Shown one piece after another: positions 18,207-28,000 of a stretch of 64,000 nucleotides of DNA. Every line of letters starts with the position of its first letter. The stretch's first letter is position 1. Source of the DNA: Candidatus Latescibacterota bacterium (GTDB lineage Bacteria; Latescibacterota; UBA2968; UBA8231); NCBI GenBank assembly GCA_964291625.2, contig OZ220089.1, positions 4,000,001-4,064,000 on the forward strand, read 5' to 3'. The notes beneath the pieces are model-generated. The model was not told the DNA's origin. It searched no databases and saw nothing but the letters and a program-made list of their open reading frames with translations. Position numbers and translations under genes: made by a program.

Positions 18207-18433
18207 CGGCCTCGATCGTCACATGTCTCGCTGCGCGACCAGGTGTGGGAGCGTCGCCCGGTCTCCACGGTATGCCAGCTCAGGTCGGGTTGCTCCTCGG
18301 GAGGGGCCGTACGCGCTGCGCTCTCGAGGATGGCGCGGAGCTCCTCTTGAAGGGACCGCCGATGGTACCTTGCCAGGCGCTCTATGGCCGCCAAGGTGGC
18401 TTCCTCGATGTCTCGAATGTGTACCGACCTCAT
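18203..18433 (-). CDS. FitA-like ribbon-helix-helix antitoxin (orphan)
   Basis: MRSVHIRDIEEATLAAIERLARYHRRSLQEELRAILE. Confidence 0.8.
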   Translation of the reverse strand: MRSVHIRDIEEATLAAIERLARYHRRSLQEELRAILESAARTAPPEEQPDLSWHTVETGRRSHTWSRSETCDDRGR

Positions 18434-18435
18434 AC

Positions 18436-18470
18436 TGGTATCAGAAATGAGACCACCATGGCTCTGTCAA
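18436..18470 (-). promoter_or_regulatory. Putative RHH operator and -35 element
   Basis: Imperfect palindrome TGGTATCA-GAAA-TGAGACCA at 18436-18455; TTGACA on the minus strand at 18465-18470. Confidence 0.45.
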
Positions 18471-18632
18471 GCTGGAACAGCCGCTGAGCCTCCGATGCGG
18501 CCCGTCACCCCCAGGGCCCCGTCCCGTCGCCGGATCACCAAGCCAACGACTCGTGCTTCCGTGTCTACATCGTAGATTGGATATGGGGACTCCGTCCGTT
18601 CACGGAAGACACTCTGCTTGGAAAGGGGCAGC

Positions 18633-19604
18633 ATGGACAGCACTTGTGGAGGGATTCGCGGGCGCCGGTTGCTGACGCCCGTATTCCTTCTGTTGTCCGC
18701 GGCCTCTACCGTCGAGGCGGAGGGACCCGTGCCGGTGCACGAGGTCGAGGCCGGGGAGCTGTCGATTGACGGCTCTCTCGATGACTGGCGCCGGCTGTCC
18801 ATCCCCCCTTCGGTGACGCAGCAAGATCTGATCTTCTGGCCTCAGCCTCCGGGACGGAAGTCTGACTGGCTTCCGAAGCCCCCGCCGGGAGTCCCGATGG
18901 CCTTCGAGGTGCGCCTGGCGTGGTCCGCAGCACCAGGCCGGATCTTCGCCGCCTTCGATATCGTGGACGACGATTTCCTCGAAGGATCCTCTTCGACTTC
19001 CAGCGATCTGGTAGGCATTGGAGTGGACGGTGACAACCGCGACGGCCAGTTCACCCACCACTACACCTGGGGTTGGGGTGGTGGATGCGATGACCTGGAC
19101 TCCGTCATCGAGAGGCAGGCGTGGAAACAGTGCCCGGAGCTGTACAATCAGCGCATTGCCCAGTACTACGAGGTGTTTCCGGACGTCGACGGTTCCGCCC
19201 TCCTCCGGAACTGGGATGTCAGCAACCAGTGGGAGAGGTGGGACTTCGACCCCTGGATCCTGGAAGGTTCGTTCACCGCCGCCGTGGGACGGGTAGAGAC
19301 CGGAGCTACTGCCCGATGGACAGTAGAGGTGATGGTTACCCCATTCGATGATCTGGACTTCCGAGGTCGGGAGCACAGTACGCCGTCCCGGCTGACGGCG
19401 GGACAGACGATCGGCTTGGAGATTCTCGTCGTAGATGCTCATGCTGATGGACTGAGACACCTCTACCTGCTGGGCAACCCCGACTATCCCTACAACTACA
19501 CGGAGAGGTTCGCGGAGGTCCTGCTGGTGCCCGCGGATCGACGGACCTCGGTCGAGACGAGAACGTGGGGTCGGTTGAAGAGGGAGACCGCGGCGGAGGA
19601 CTGA
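18633..19604 (+). CDS. Secreted CBM9/DOMON-like protein with TWGRLK tail, paralog 1
   Basis: Signal peptide, IDGSLDDW, DDLD and LTAGQTIGLEILVVD; ends TSVETRTWGRLKRETAAED. Confidence 0.7.
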   Translation: MDSTCGGIRGRRLLTPVFLLLSAASTVEAEGPVPVHEVEAGELSIDGSLDDWRRLSIPPSVTQQDLIFWPQPPGRKSDWLPKPPPGVPMAFEVRLAWSAAPGRIFAAFDIVDDDFLEGSSSTSSDLVGIGVDGDNRDGQFTHHYTWGWGGGCDDLDSVIERQAWKQCPELYNQRIAQYYEVFPDVDGSALLRNWDVSNQWERWDFDPWILEGSFTAAVGRVETGATARWTVEVMVTPFDDLDFRGREHSTPSRLTAGQTIGLEILVVDAHADGLRHLYLLGNPDYPYNYTERFAEVLLVPADRRTSVETRTWGRLKRETAAED

Positions 19605-19731
19605 TGCCGGCGGGGGGACGCCGCAGGGATAGCGTGCCATCGCTGTGGAGCAACGAAGCGGGGCCGGAGACTCATGCTTCCGGGGTCTACATCGTTCCAG
19701 GAAGGTCACCCTGATCAGGTAGGAGGACAGC

Positions 19732-20727
19732 ATGGAGAGCACCAGTTTCCGGGCTCGTGGGCGCCGCTTGCCGACGCTTGTCTTCCTTCTGTTGTCCGCG
19801 GCCTCGGCCGTCGAGGCGGAGGGGCCCGTGCCGGTGCCGGTGTACGAGGTCGAGGCCGGGGAGCTGTCGATTGACGGCTCTCTTGAGGACTGGGAGCGGC
19901 TGTCCATCCCCCCTTCGGTGACGGAGCAGGACCTTGCGCTCCTCCCCCATCCACAGCCCGCCCGAGAGGTTCTTGTGATACCTGCTCCGGGAGCTCCGGA
20001 ACTGACCTTTGAGGTGCGCCTGGCGTGGTCCGCTGAACCGAGCCGGATCTTCGCCGCCTACGATAACGTGGACGACGATCCGCACATCGTCATCCCGGGA
20101 GACACTTGGCCTGTGAGATTCACGGACTACGTGGGACTTGCAGTGGATGGCGACAACGGCGATGGGCACTTTACCATGTTTGAGGCATATGACTACGACT
20201 GTTACTACACAGTCGAGCTCGCTATGGAAACGGAAAAGTGGGACTGTATCCCAGGCTTGTACTACAATCAGCGCATTGCCCAGTACTACGAGGTGTTTCC
20301 GGTTCCGAACGGTTTCGTCCCCTGGGTTCATGACATCTCCAGGAGCTGGACGAGAAGGGGTTTCGACCCCTGGGTGCTCGAGGATGGTACCAACACGGCC
20401 GTCGCCGGACGGGTGGAGTCCGGAGTCCCTGCTCGAACGATCATAGAGGTGATGGTCACCCCTTTCGATGATCTGGATTTCAGAGGTCCCGGGTACAGCA
20501 GGCCATCCCGGCTGACGGCAGGAGAGACGATCGGCTTGGAGGTCATCGTGGTAGATGCCGAGCCGGGGCAAGGGCAGAAACACTTCTACCGGCTGGGCGA
20601 CAACAGCTATCCTGGGACCTACGCGGAGAGCTTCGCGGACGCCCTGCTGGTGCCCGCGGATCGACGGACCTCGGTGGAGATGACTACGTGGGGCCGGCTG
20701 AAGAGGGAAACCGCGGCGGAGGACTGA
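19732..20727 (+). CDS. Secreted CBM9/DOMON-like protein with TWGRLK tail, paralog 2
   Basis: RBS AGGAGG and the same framework motifs; ends TSVEMTTWGRLKRETAAED. Confidence 0.7.
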   Translation: MESTSFRARGRRLPTLVFLLLSAASAVEAEGPVPVPVYEVEAGELSIDGSLEDWERLSIPPSVTEQDLALLPHPQPAREVLVIPAPGAPELTFEVRLAWSAEPSRIFAAYDNVDDDPHIVIPGDTWPVRFTDYVGLAVDGDNGDGHFTMFEAYDYDCYYTVELAMETEKWDCIPGLYYNQRIAQYYEVFPVPNGFVPWVHDISRSWTRRGFDPWVLEDGTNTAVAGRVESGVPARTIIEVMVTPFDDLDFRGPGYSRPSRLTAGETIGLEVIVVDAEPGQGQKHFYRLGDNSYPGTYAESFADALLVPADRRTSVEMTTWGRLKRETAAED

Positions 20728-20743
20728 TGCCCGCGGGCGGCCA

Positions 20744-20947
20744 TCACCCCCCGGCCTGCGCTCCCAACCGCCCCCGCGCCGCCCCCCGGCGCTGGATCAG
20801 CAGACCCGCGACAATGACGGCGAGACCGGCGAGGGTGGCCGGCTCGATCCGCTCCCCCACGAGGTGGTGCAGGAAGGCGAGGGAGAGGAAGGGCGAGAGG
20901 AAGATCAGGTTGGCCACGCGGGAGGCGTTGCCGGCGCGGCGCAGGGC
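20744..20947 (-). repeat. Diverged duplicate of the EamA gene 3' end
   Basis: [57 protein letters not shown] matches ~22208-22373, then has its own tail and stop at 20744. Confidence 0.9.
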
Positions 20948-21016
20948 CGGCAGCCCGACGGCAGCATGATTTACAGCCGGACCCTGGACGAGATCCCGGC
21001 GTAAGGAGGAAACGAC

Positions 21017-21982
21017 ATGCCGAGTGATCGACTGCGCGTCGCCATCTGGCTCGACGAGCTGGACCTGTCCCTCGACGAGGGGCTGCAGGTGGCCGTGGAC
21101 CTGGGCAGCGAGTACGTGTGGTTCTCGCGTCTCCCGGGGGAGACGCCGGTCCCGGAGATGACCGACGCCGAGGCGGACGACATGGCCCGGCGCGTCCACG
21201 CCCGGGGCCGAAAGCTGTTCACCCTCGGCGCCGGCCACGCCTTCCACGACCTGCGAATGACGGACCTGTCCCCGGGTCGACTGCGGGAGCACGAGGTCTT
21301 CCGCCGCGACTTCGACGCCGTCGTGCGGACGATGGAGATCGCCGCCCGCTTCGGCGTCGGCGCCGTGACGACCCACGGCCTGCTGTGGCCCGGCGAGTGG
21401 ACGGACTGGCCGGATACCTGGTCGCGCTCCCCCGGCTGGCCGATGCGCTGGGCCACCGGCGGCGGCATCGTCTCGGAGGCCGAGCTCCGGGGCCTGGTCG
21501 AGATCTTCGGCGAGCTCCTAGAGGGGGCCGAGAAGCACGGCGTCGACCTGATGGTCAACCAGCGGCCGTTCCACTACACGAACACGACGGGACACTTCCA
21601 GCAGCTTGCCGAGCGGCTGGACTCCCCCCGTCTGAAGGCCTTCTGGGGCCCCGCCGACAACGTGCTGTCGGGCGAGCGCGAGGTGCCCACGAAGGGGTAC
21701 GACCGCCTGCGGCCCCTGCTGGCGGCCCTGCACCTGAAGGACGTGCAGGTCCACGACGGAGCCGGCGGCGAGTTCGCCTGGCGGCCGATCGGTGAGGGCG
21801 AGGTGGGTTACTCGACGGTCTTCCGCCGCCTCGTCGAGGACGGCAGCGACGCCGTGCTGGCCGTGGCCACCCACTTCCTGCCGCCCGGCGGCGGCACCCG
21901 GACCGAGGCGATGGCCATCAACCACGCCCGGGTGACGGCCCTGCTCGAGCAGGTGCGGCGCGAGGTCGAGGCCGAGGGATGA
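21017..21982 (+). CDS. Sugar phosphate isomerase/epimerase, copy 2 (near-identical to 15370-16335)
   Basis: Same 321-aa protein with about 5 residue differences. Shared flanks ~20943-21992 versus ~15294-16346. Confidence 0.8.
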   Translation: MPSDRLRVAIWLDELDLSLDEGLQVAVDLGSEYVWFSRLPGETPVPEMTDAEADDMARRVHARGRKLFTLGAGHAFHDLRMTDLSPGRLREHEVFRRDFDAVVRTMEIAARFGVGAVTTHGLLWPGEWTDWPDTWSRSPGWPMRWATGGGIVSEAELRGLVEIFGELLEGAEKHGVDLMVNQRPFHYTNTTGHFQQLAERLDSPRLKAFWGPADNVLSGEREVPTKGYDRLRPLLAALHLKDVQVHDGAGGEFAWRPIGEGEVGYSTVFRRLVEDGSDAVLAVATHFLPPGGGTRTEAMAINHARVTALLEQVRREVEAEG

Positions 21983-22103
21983 TCGACCTGTCCCGGCGCG
22001 GGTGTTCTCCATCGCCTTGCCGGTGAAGATGCGGCGCGTGACGGCCACCTGGACCCGGCGATCGCCTTGGAGGAGAAGGACGGAGTCTGAGGGCGGGCGG
22101 CCG

Positions 22104-23078
22104 TCAGCACGGCGGGTCGTCCGGTGGCGCGGGACGAATCCGATGCCAACACCCTGGCCGCCTACCACCACTTCTTCGTGCGCGAGGTGGAGGAGGCGGA
22201 GAGGCCGCCCCCCGCCGCTGGATCAGCAGACCCGCGACGATGACGGCGAGACCGGCGAGGGTGGCCGGCTCGATCCTCTCCCCCACGAGGTGGTGGAGGA
22301 AGACGAGGGAGAGGAAGGGGGAGAGGAAGATCAGGTTGGCCACGCGGGAGGCGTTGCCGGCGCGGCGCAGGGCGGCGAGCCAGAGCAGGAAGGTGAGGCC
22401 CATCTCGAAGAGGCCCACGTACGCGGCGCCGGCCCACCCCCTCCACCCGAAGTCGAAGTCCGCCCACAGGGCGCAGATCAGGACGGCCCAGGGCAGTCCC
22501 AGGAGAAAGTTCAGGAAGAGCCGCACCGCCGCGTCGAGGGAGTCGCGGGTGACGCCGACCCAGTAGAGGCCCCAGATCAGGGTGCTGCCCAGGGCCAGGG
22601 CGACGCCGAGGCCGTCGTCGAAGCGCAGCTCCAGCAGATGGCCGCGGGTGGCGACGACGAGGGCGCCGCCGTAGCAGATGAAGCCGGCGAGCACGTCGGT
22701 GCGCAGCAGGCGCTGGCGCAGCAGCAGGGCCGACAGGTAGGCCAGCACCAGGGCCCAGGTGTAGTTGAGGGCCTGGGCCTGCTGCGCCGGCAGCCGGTCG
22801 TAGGCCTCCAGCAGGACGAGGTAGTAGAGGCAGGGATTGAGCAGCCCGAGGCCGGCCGAGCGCAGCCACTCGCGCCGGGAGAGGGTGAGCAGTTCCGGCA
22901 GCCGGCCCCTCAGGGCCAGGACGATCCCGAGGAAGACCGCCGACACCAGGCTGCTGGCGAAGACCAGCTGCGGCGGCGACAGCTCGCGCAGGGAGAGCTT
23001 GAAGGCGGAGGCTACCGTCGACCACAGGAGCACCGCCGCCAGGGCGTGCAGGACGCCTCCGGCCGCCAGGCCGCTCAC
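22104..23078 (-). CDS. EamA/DMT family transporter
   Basis: About 10 TM helices; [17 protein letters not shown] and QALNYTW motifs. Confidence 0.9.
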   Translation of the reverse strand: MSGLAAGGVLHALAAVLLWSTVASAFKLSLRELSPPQLVFASSLVSAVFLGIVLALRGRLPELLTLSRREWLRSAGLGLLNPCLYYLVLLEAYDRLPAQQAQALNYTWALVLAYLSALLLRQRLLRTDVLAGFICYGGALVVATRGHLLELRFDDGLGVALALGSTLIWGLYWVGVTRDSLDAAVRLFLNFLLGLPWAVLICALWADFDFGWRGWAGAAYVGLFEMGLTFLLWLAALRRAGNASRVANLIFLSPFLSLVFLHHLVGERIEPATLAGLAVIVAGLLIQRRGAASPPPPPRARRSGGRRPGCWHRIRPAPPDDPPC

Positions 23079-23170
23079 GGTTCCCGGCCGCCGGCGATAT
23101 AGCGGGATTCCGGGGCTCCGCGTATCTTCTGTCGGCTCAGGACAGCAACCCTCCCACAGGAAGCAATGCC

Positions 23171-23332
23171 ATGGCCAAGAGCGGCCCCCGCAACCAGATC
23201 GCGTTGAAGAGCACCGAGAGCGACCACCGCTACTACACCTCCAAGAACCGCCGCAACCAGCAGGGCCGCCTGGAGATCAAGAAGTACGATCCCACCGTGC
23301 GCAAGCACGTCGTCTACCGCGAGGAGCGGTAG
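23171..23332 (+). CDS. rpmG: 50S ribosomal protein L33 (cysteine-free form)
   Basis: Translated by hand, absent from the ORF track: [53 protein letters not shown]. Confidence 0.95.
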   Translation: MAKSGPRNQIALKSTESDHRYYTSKNRRNQQGRLEIKKYDPTVRKHVVYREER

Positions 23333-23666
23333 GGCCGTCCGGCCCGCCGGCGCCCGCCCGGGCTCCGGTCCTTCGCTCGACGCCACGGCGGTTGACTCAC
23401 CGCTTTGGCCAGCGCAGTTCCCTCGTCGCGCCTCCCAGGATCAGCCCATACGGTACCCTGCCCCAGTCCCGGGAGCGGCGCGACCATCTGCGGAAGTTGG
23501 CGTTCCCGGTATCCCCGCATCAGAAAACGCGGTACCTGCCCTGGTCGCATGGCCCCTTGCCGCGGATCTCGCCACGGTCCCCCATCGGCCCATCGTCATC
23601 CGCCCCTCCCGGGGTCGGCACGGCCCCTTGCGAACCTCGCCACGGTCCACTTGCCCGGAGACTCCC

Positions 23667-24905
23667 ATGAACAAGAGCCGGCGCCCGCCATACCTGTGGC
23701 GGTGCATGTGCCTGTCGATCCTGACCCTGCAGGGAGCTGAGACCGTGCAGGCCGAGAGCGACTCCACCCACCCGAGCGCCAGCGCCGGGAAGGTCATGGG
23801 GCTGGATAAGGTGATCGCCTTCTACGGGGCTTACCCGGAACTCGCGTCGCAGACCTTCACCCGCGGCGGCGACTGGAGGTACTGGAAGGCCCGGGGCGGG
23901 ATCGTCTCCGAGGGGGTGGTCCACTACAACTTCCTCGGCAAGCCGGTCGACGAGGCTTCCGACGTCCTGGCGAACATGGACTTCGGGGACAACCCCAACC
24001 CGGTGATCAACATCGACGAGTTCGGCTGGGACTACGACGGCGGCATCGACCGGCACACGGCGGCGATCCTGCAGGCCGTGCACCGGAAGAGGCCGGAGCT
24101 GGGGATCACGGTCTGGCAGATGCGGGGACCAGTGGCGCCCGAGCTGGCTGCGGTCTACCGGCAGACGGTCGACCTGGTCCTGCTGGAGACCTACTTCGAC
24201 CTGAACGACGCCTGGATGATCCCCTTCCAGCTTCAGGCCGCGCGGCTCGTCGGCCTTCTGGACCGGTCCGTGGTCGCCCTGGGACTGGGCAAGGAGGCCG
24301 AGGACAAGGGCAACTGGCTGTGGACCCAAACGGCGGAAGAGTTGGAACAGCAGGTCCGCCTGATCCGCTTCGTCGCGCCCGAGTCGCCCGGCGTGGGGTT
24401 CTTCGGCCGGTGGAAGCTGAAGGAGAACAACTGCCCGCTCACCGACGAGCAGCTCGACGGGATCTGCGGCCGCTTCCTGGAGACGCCCACCGACGGCAGC
24501 GGCCTCACGCCCGAGCTGCTCGAGCTGGGCCGGGTCTTCACCCGGCGCTACGAGGGCCCCGCCATCTTCTGCTCGTCGGAGTTCGCCCTGCCGTACTTCC
24601 ACTCCGGCCACGACGGAGGGGCCTGGGGCACCATGCAGGATCCCCCGACGGTGCGCCTGCTGCTGATGAACCTCGGCCAGCAGGACGCGCGCGGCGTCAA
24701 GGCGCGGCTGCGGACTCCGGGGGAGGGGGGCGAGGTCTGGGCCAGCGGCGAGGCGGACATCCCGGCGCGGTCCGTGGCGGTCGCCCTGCTCGGGATCCTG
24801 CCGGGCCAGCAGTACAGCGGCTGGACCGGCACCGAGATCCTGGAGGTCGAGGCGCCGGGAGCCGAGGTCTTCAACTTCGAGGACTCCCGCTTCCACGGGA
24901 AGTAG
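23667..24905 (+). CDS. Secreted hypothetical protein, possibly glycoside-hydrolase-like
   Basis: Signal-peptide-like N-terminus, INIDEFG and LLETY acidic motifs, host codon usage. Confidence 0.6.
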   Translation: MNKSRRPPYLWRCMCLSILTLQGAETVQAESDSTHPSASAGKVMGLDKVIAFYGAYPELASQTFTRGGDWRYWKARGGIVSEGVVHYNFLGKPVDEASDVLANMDFGDNPNPVINIDEFGWDYDGGIDRHTAAILQAVHRKRPELGITVWQMRGPVAPELAAVYRQTVDLVLLETYFDLNDAWMIPFQLQAARLVGLLDRSVVALGLGKEAEDKGNWLWTQTAEELEQQVRLIRFVAPESPGVGFFGRWKLKENNCPLTDEQLDGICGRFLETPTDGSGLTPELLELGRVFTRRYEGPAIFCSSEFALPYFHSGHDGGAWGTMQDPPTVRLLLMNLGQQDARGVKARLRTPGEGGEVWASGEADIPARSVAVALLGILPGQQYSGWTGTEILEVEAPGAEVFNFEDSRFHGK

Positions 24906-25042
24906 CGCCCCCGACGCTGGGAGGCGCCGGGCGGGTCGGCCGCGCAGGGGCGCTTCGGCCGCGGCGGGTCTGATCGCTCCGCCAGCGTGTACGCGGAGAC
25001 CATCGTCGAGGCTGGTGCCGCGTCGGCGGACCGTCTCGCAGA

Positions 25043-28000
25043 TCAGTAAGAGCACATCAGGTCGTCGAGCAGCAGGTGCCGGCTCGCGGCCGGCACCATC
25101 TCGTCGACGTAGACCAGCTTCTCCCGCAGCTGCACGTAGAACCCCTTCAGGCGCAGCGGGTGGTCGACCCGCCCGTCGCCGCCGGTGGAGCGCCAGTTGC
25201 ACTTGCGCGGCCACTGGTAGCGCTCGACGGGGTACTCCCCCGGCAGGTCGATCCCCATGTAGCGCCAGCCGTCGAAGTTGACGAAGGAGGTGCTCTCCGT
25301 GTCGTTGGTGTTCCAGTCGGCGCGGCCGTGGAGGGCGGCCCCCAGGTGGGCCCACTCCTCGCCCTCGGCGTCTTCCAGAACGAAGACGATGCGGCTCCAG
25401 CTGGAGTTGCCGTGGACCCACAGGCCGATCTGGCGCGGCTCTCCCGGCAGCGGGACCGGCTCGTCCAGCTGGCAGTAGTTGTACCAGGCGGCCACGTCCG
25501 GACCGCCCTGGGGACCGTCCAGGCCCACTCGGGTCACGGCGCCGCGCTCGGGGTCCCGCGCCGCGCTCCAGGTCATCCGGCCCGGACGCCGCACCACGTC
25601 CCAGGTGTAGCTCTCGAAGGCCGTGTCCCGGCGGGCGCTCACCCGCCAGGCGCCGGGGTCGTCCAGGCCGTGCAGCAGGACCGCCTCGGGGCCGGGCGCC
25701 GCGGTGTAGCGGTTGGCCCCCGCCTTCACGGCGCTCACCTCGACGCCGCTCACGTAGCGCGGTGAGTCGTCCACGACGACCACCACCTCGCCGTCCGCGA
25801 CGGCCGCCGGATGACTGTTGCCCATGCCGTCCGTCACCAGGGCCGCCGCAGCGCCGCTGACGTCACGCGGAGGATCGTCGTCGTCGGCGGCCACCTCGCG
25901 ATCCGCGGGAGCCGCCGCAGGAGTGCTGCCGTCCGTCACCGGGGCGGGCCCCTCGCCGTCCGCGGGAGCCGCCGCAGGAGTGCTGCCATCCGTCACCGGG
26001 GCGGGCCCCTCGCCGCGCACGGAGAGGCGGACCTCCCTCTCGCCGCGGATCGTCCACAGGGCGTAGACGGGGTCGCCCTCGGGGCGGGTGAACTCGAGGG
26101 CGAAGAGGCTGGTGGAGCCGGTGTCCAGCTTGCGCGAGAACCGCGCCCGGTCGAGCTGGGCCGTCAGCGTGGCGTAGGTCACGTACCCGGGCTTGGGGTT
26201 CAGCTCGGGCGGGCGGTGGGCGAGGCCGGAGGCGCCCCAGTTGGAGAAGTGGTAGGCGTTGCCCACGTCGTAGGCGAGGGCCGGGTTGACGTTGGGGACG
26301 CCGTAGGCCAGGGCGAGCAGGCAGTCGCGGACGTTGTATGCGGCGGCGGTGCGCGGGTGGAGGTTGCCGGGGTTGGTGGAGTGGTACATCCACTCGAAGG
26401 AGACGGTCAGCCCCGCGTCGCCGTACCCGTAGTGGCGGGCCATCTCCTGCATCCACCAGAGGCTGCCGAAGCCGGCCACCTCCGGCTGGCGCTCGGGCAT
26501 GCGCATGAAGCCGGGCGACTCCTCGCCCAGAAGGTCGATGTACTCCCGCGGATACCCGCGGGCCAGGAACTGCTCGATCGACGGCTGCACCATGTTGCCG
26601 AAGACCAGCTCCATCTCCGGGTCGATGCGCCGCACCGCCTCGCTGGCCGCCACCGCGTGCTCCCAGCGCCGCTCCAGCTCCGCCGTCTCCGCCGAGTCCA
26701 GCGGCGCCGGTCCGTCCCCCGTCAGGAATCCAGGGCGCGTCTTCAGGGGGCCGATGTTGCTCTCGTGGAAGACCAGGGCCTGCCGCGTCTCGGGCCACTG
26801 CTCGAAGGTGCGGCGCAGCGCTTCCGCGTCCGTCTCGCCGACCTTGTGGGTGCCCACGATGCTGGAGTGCTGGCCCTTCGTCAGGCCGTGCTCCCGCAGC
26901 GCTTCGTAGCCGTAGCCGAAGGTGCGCCGGACCCCCGCCTTGTACATCAGCGGTCCGGCCTGGTCCACGGTGGTGCCGCGGTGGCCCTTGCCGAAGCACC
27001 AGGTGCCGAAGGGCGAGTCCCGCACGGTCGCCCTTCGCCGGTCCTCGGGCAGCAGGGCGAAGGTGGTCCGGCGCTCGACGGAGACCTCCCCGCCGTCGAG
27101 GAGGCGGAAGACGACCTCGAACCAGCCGAGCTTCTCCCGGGGCAGCTCCAGGCGCAGGGTGTCGGCGGCCAGCGGCGCCAGGACGAGGCTTCCCCGCGTC
27201 CGGGTCTCGCCGCCGTAGTAGTCGGTGGCCACCGCCTCCACCCGGGCCCGCCGCTCCCGGTCCGTGACGTTCCTCAGGGCCGCGGAGAAGACCGGCGGCT
27301 GCGCCACGAAGACGTGGCCCACCTCGGCCGAGGAGACCCGCATCTGCACCGGCGCCACCGTCAGGGTCAGGGCCAGCACGCGCACGGCGCTGGGCCGTCC
27401 CAGGGCGCGCACGCGGAAGCGCGCCGGGTCGGGGTTGCGCACCGCCACGTGCAGTTCCTTGGTCAGCTCCAGGTCCAGGTGGTCCCCCGGCTCGGCGATG
27501 TCCTGGATGTCGCCCGAGCGCAGGGGCGCCTTCACCACGAAGAGGCGGCCCTCCGCCTCCCCCGCCGATCCGGTGAGGCGCAGCGGCCGGTGAGCCACCA
27601 CGTGCTCGTTGCCCGCCTCGTTCCAGCGCGGCACCTCCACGGCGGTGTCGTAGAGGATCCCGTGCCCGTGGTGGAGCCCCAGTCGGAAGGAGACCACCGG
27701 GGTCTTCGCCGGATCGGTGTCGGCCAGGCACAGCAGGTACAGCCCCGAGTAGTTCAGCCGCGGGATGCGGACCACCGGGACCTCGGGATCGCCGTACCCG
27801 TCCGGTTTGTAGTGGGAGTAGAACCCCACCGGGTCCTCCTCCACGTCGGGCCAGCGGGCCAGGCCCACGTCCAGGTGGTCGCCCTTCTCCCGGGTGCCGA
27901 TGTGGAAGGGGATGCCGCCGACCTCGACGCGGGAGCCCGCCGCCGGCAACTGTCCCTCGGCGATCCCGTAGCCGTCGCCCATCTCGGCGCCGATGAAGCG

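Noticed and set aside
1774-20727. Integron cassette array
   Set aside because: No attC-like sites or integron integrase recognised, and gene orientations are mixed.
15294-21992. Diversity-generating retroelement template/variable repeat pair
   Set aside because: No reverse transcriptase in the window, and the differences between duplicates are not confined to adenines.
21993-22205. Coding-like scraps between isomerase copy 2 and EamA
   Set aside because: Probably gene remnants, but no family could be recognised.
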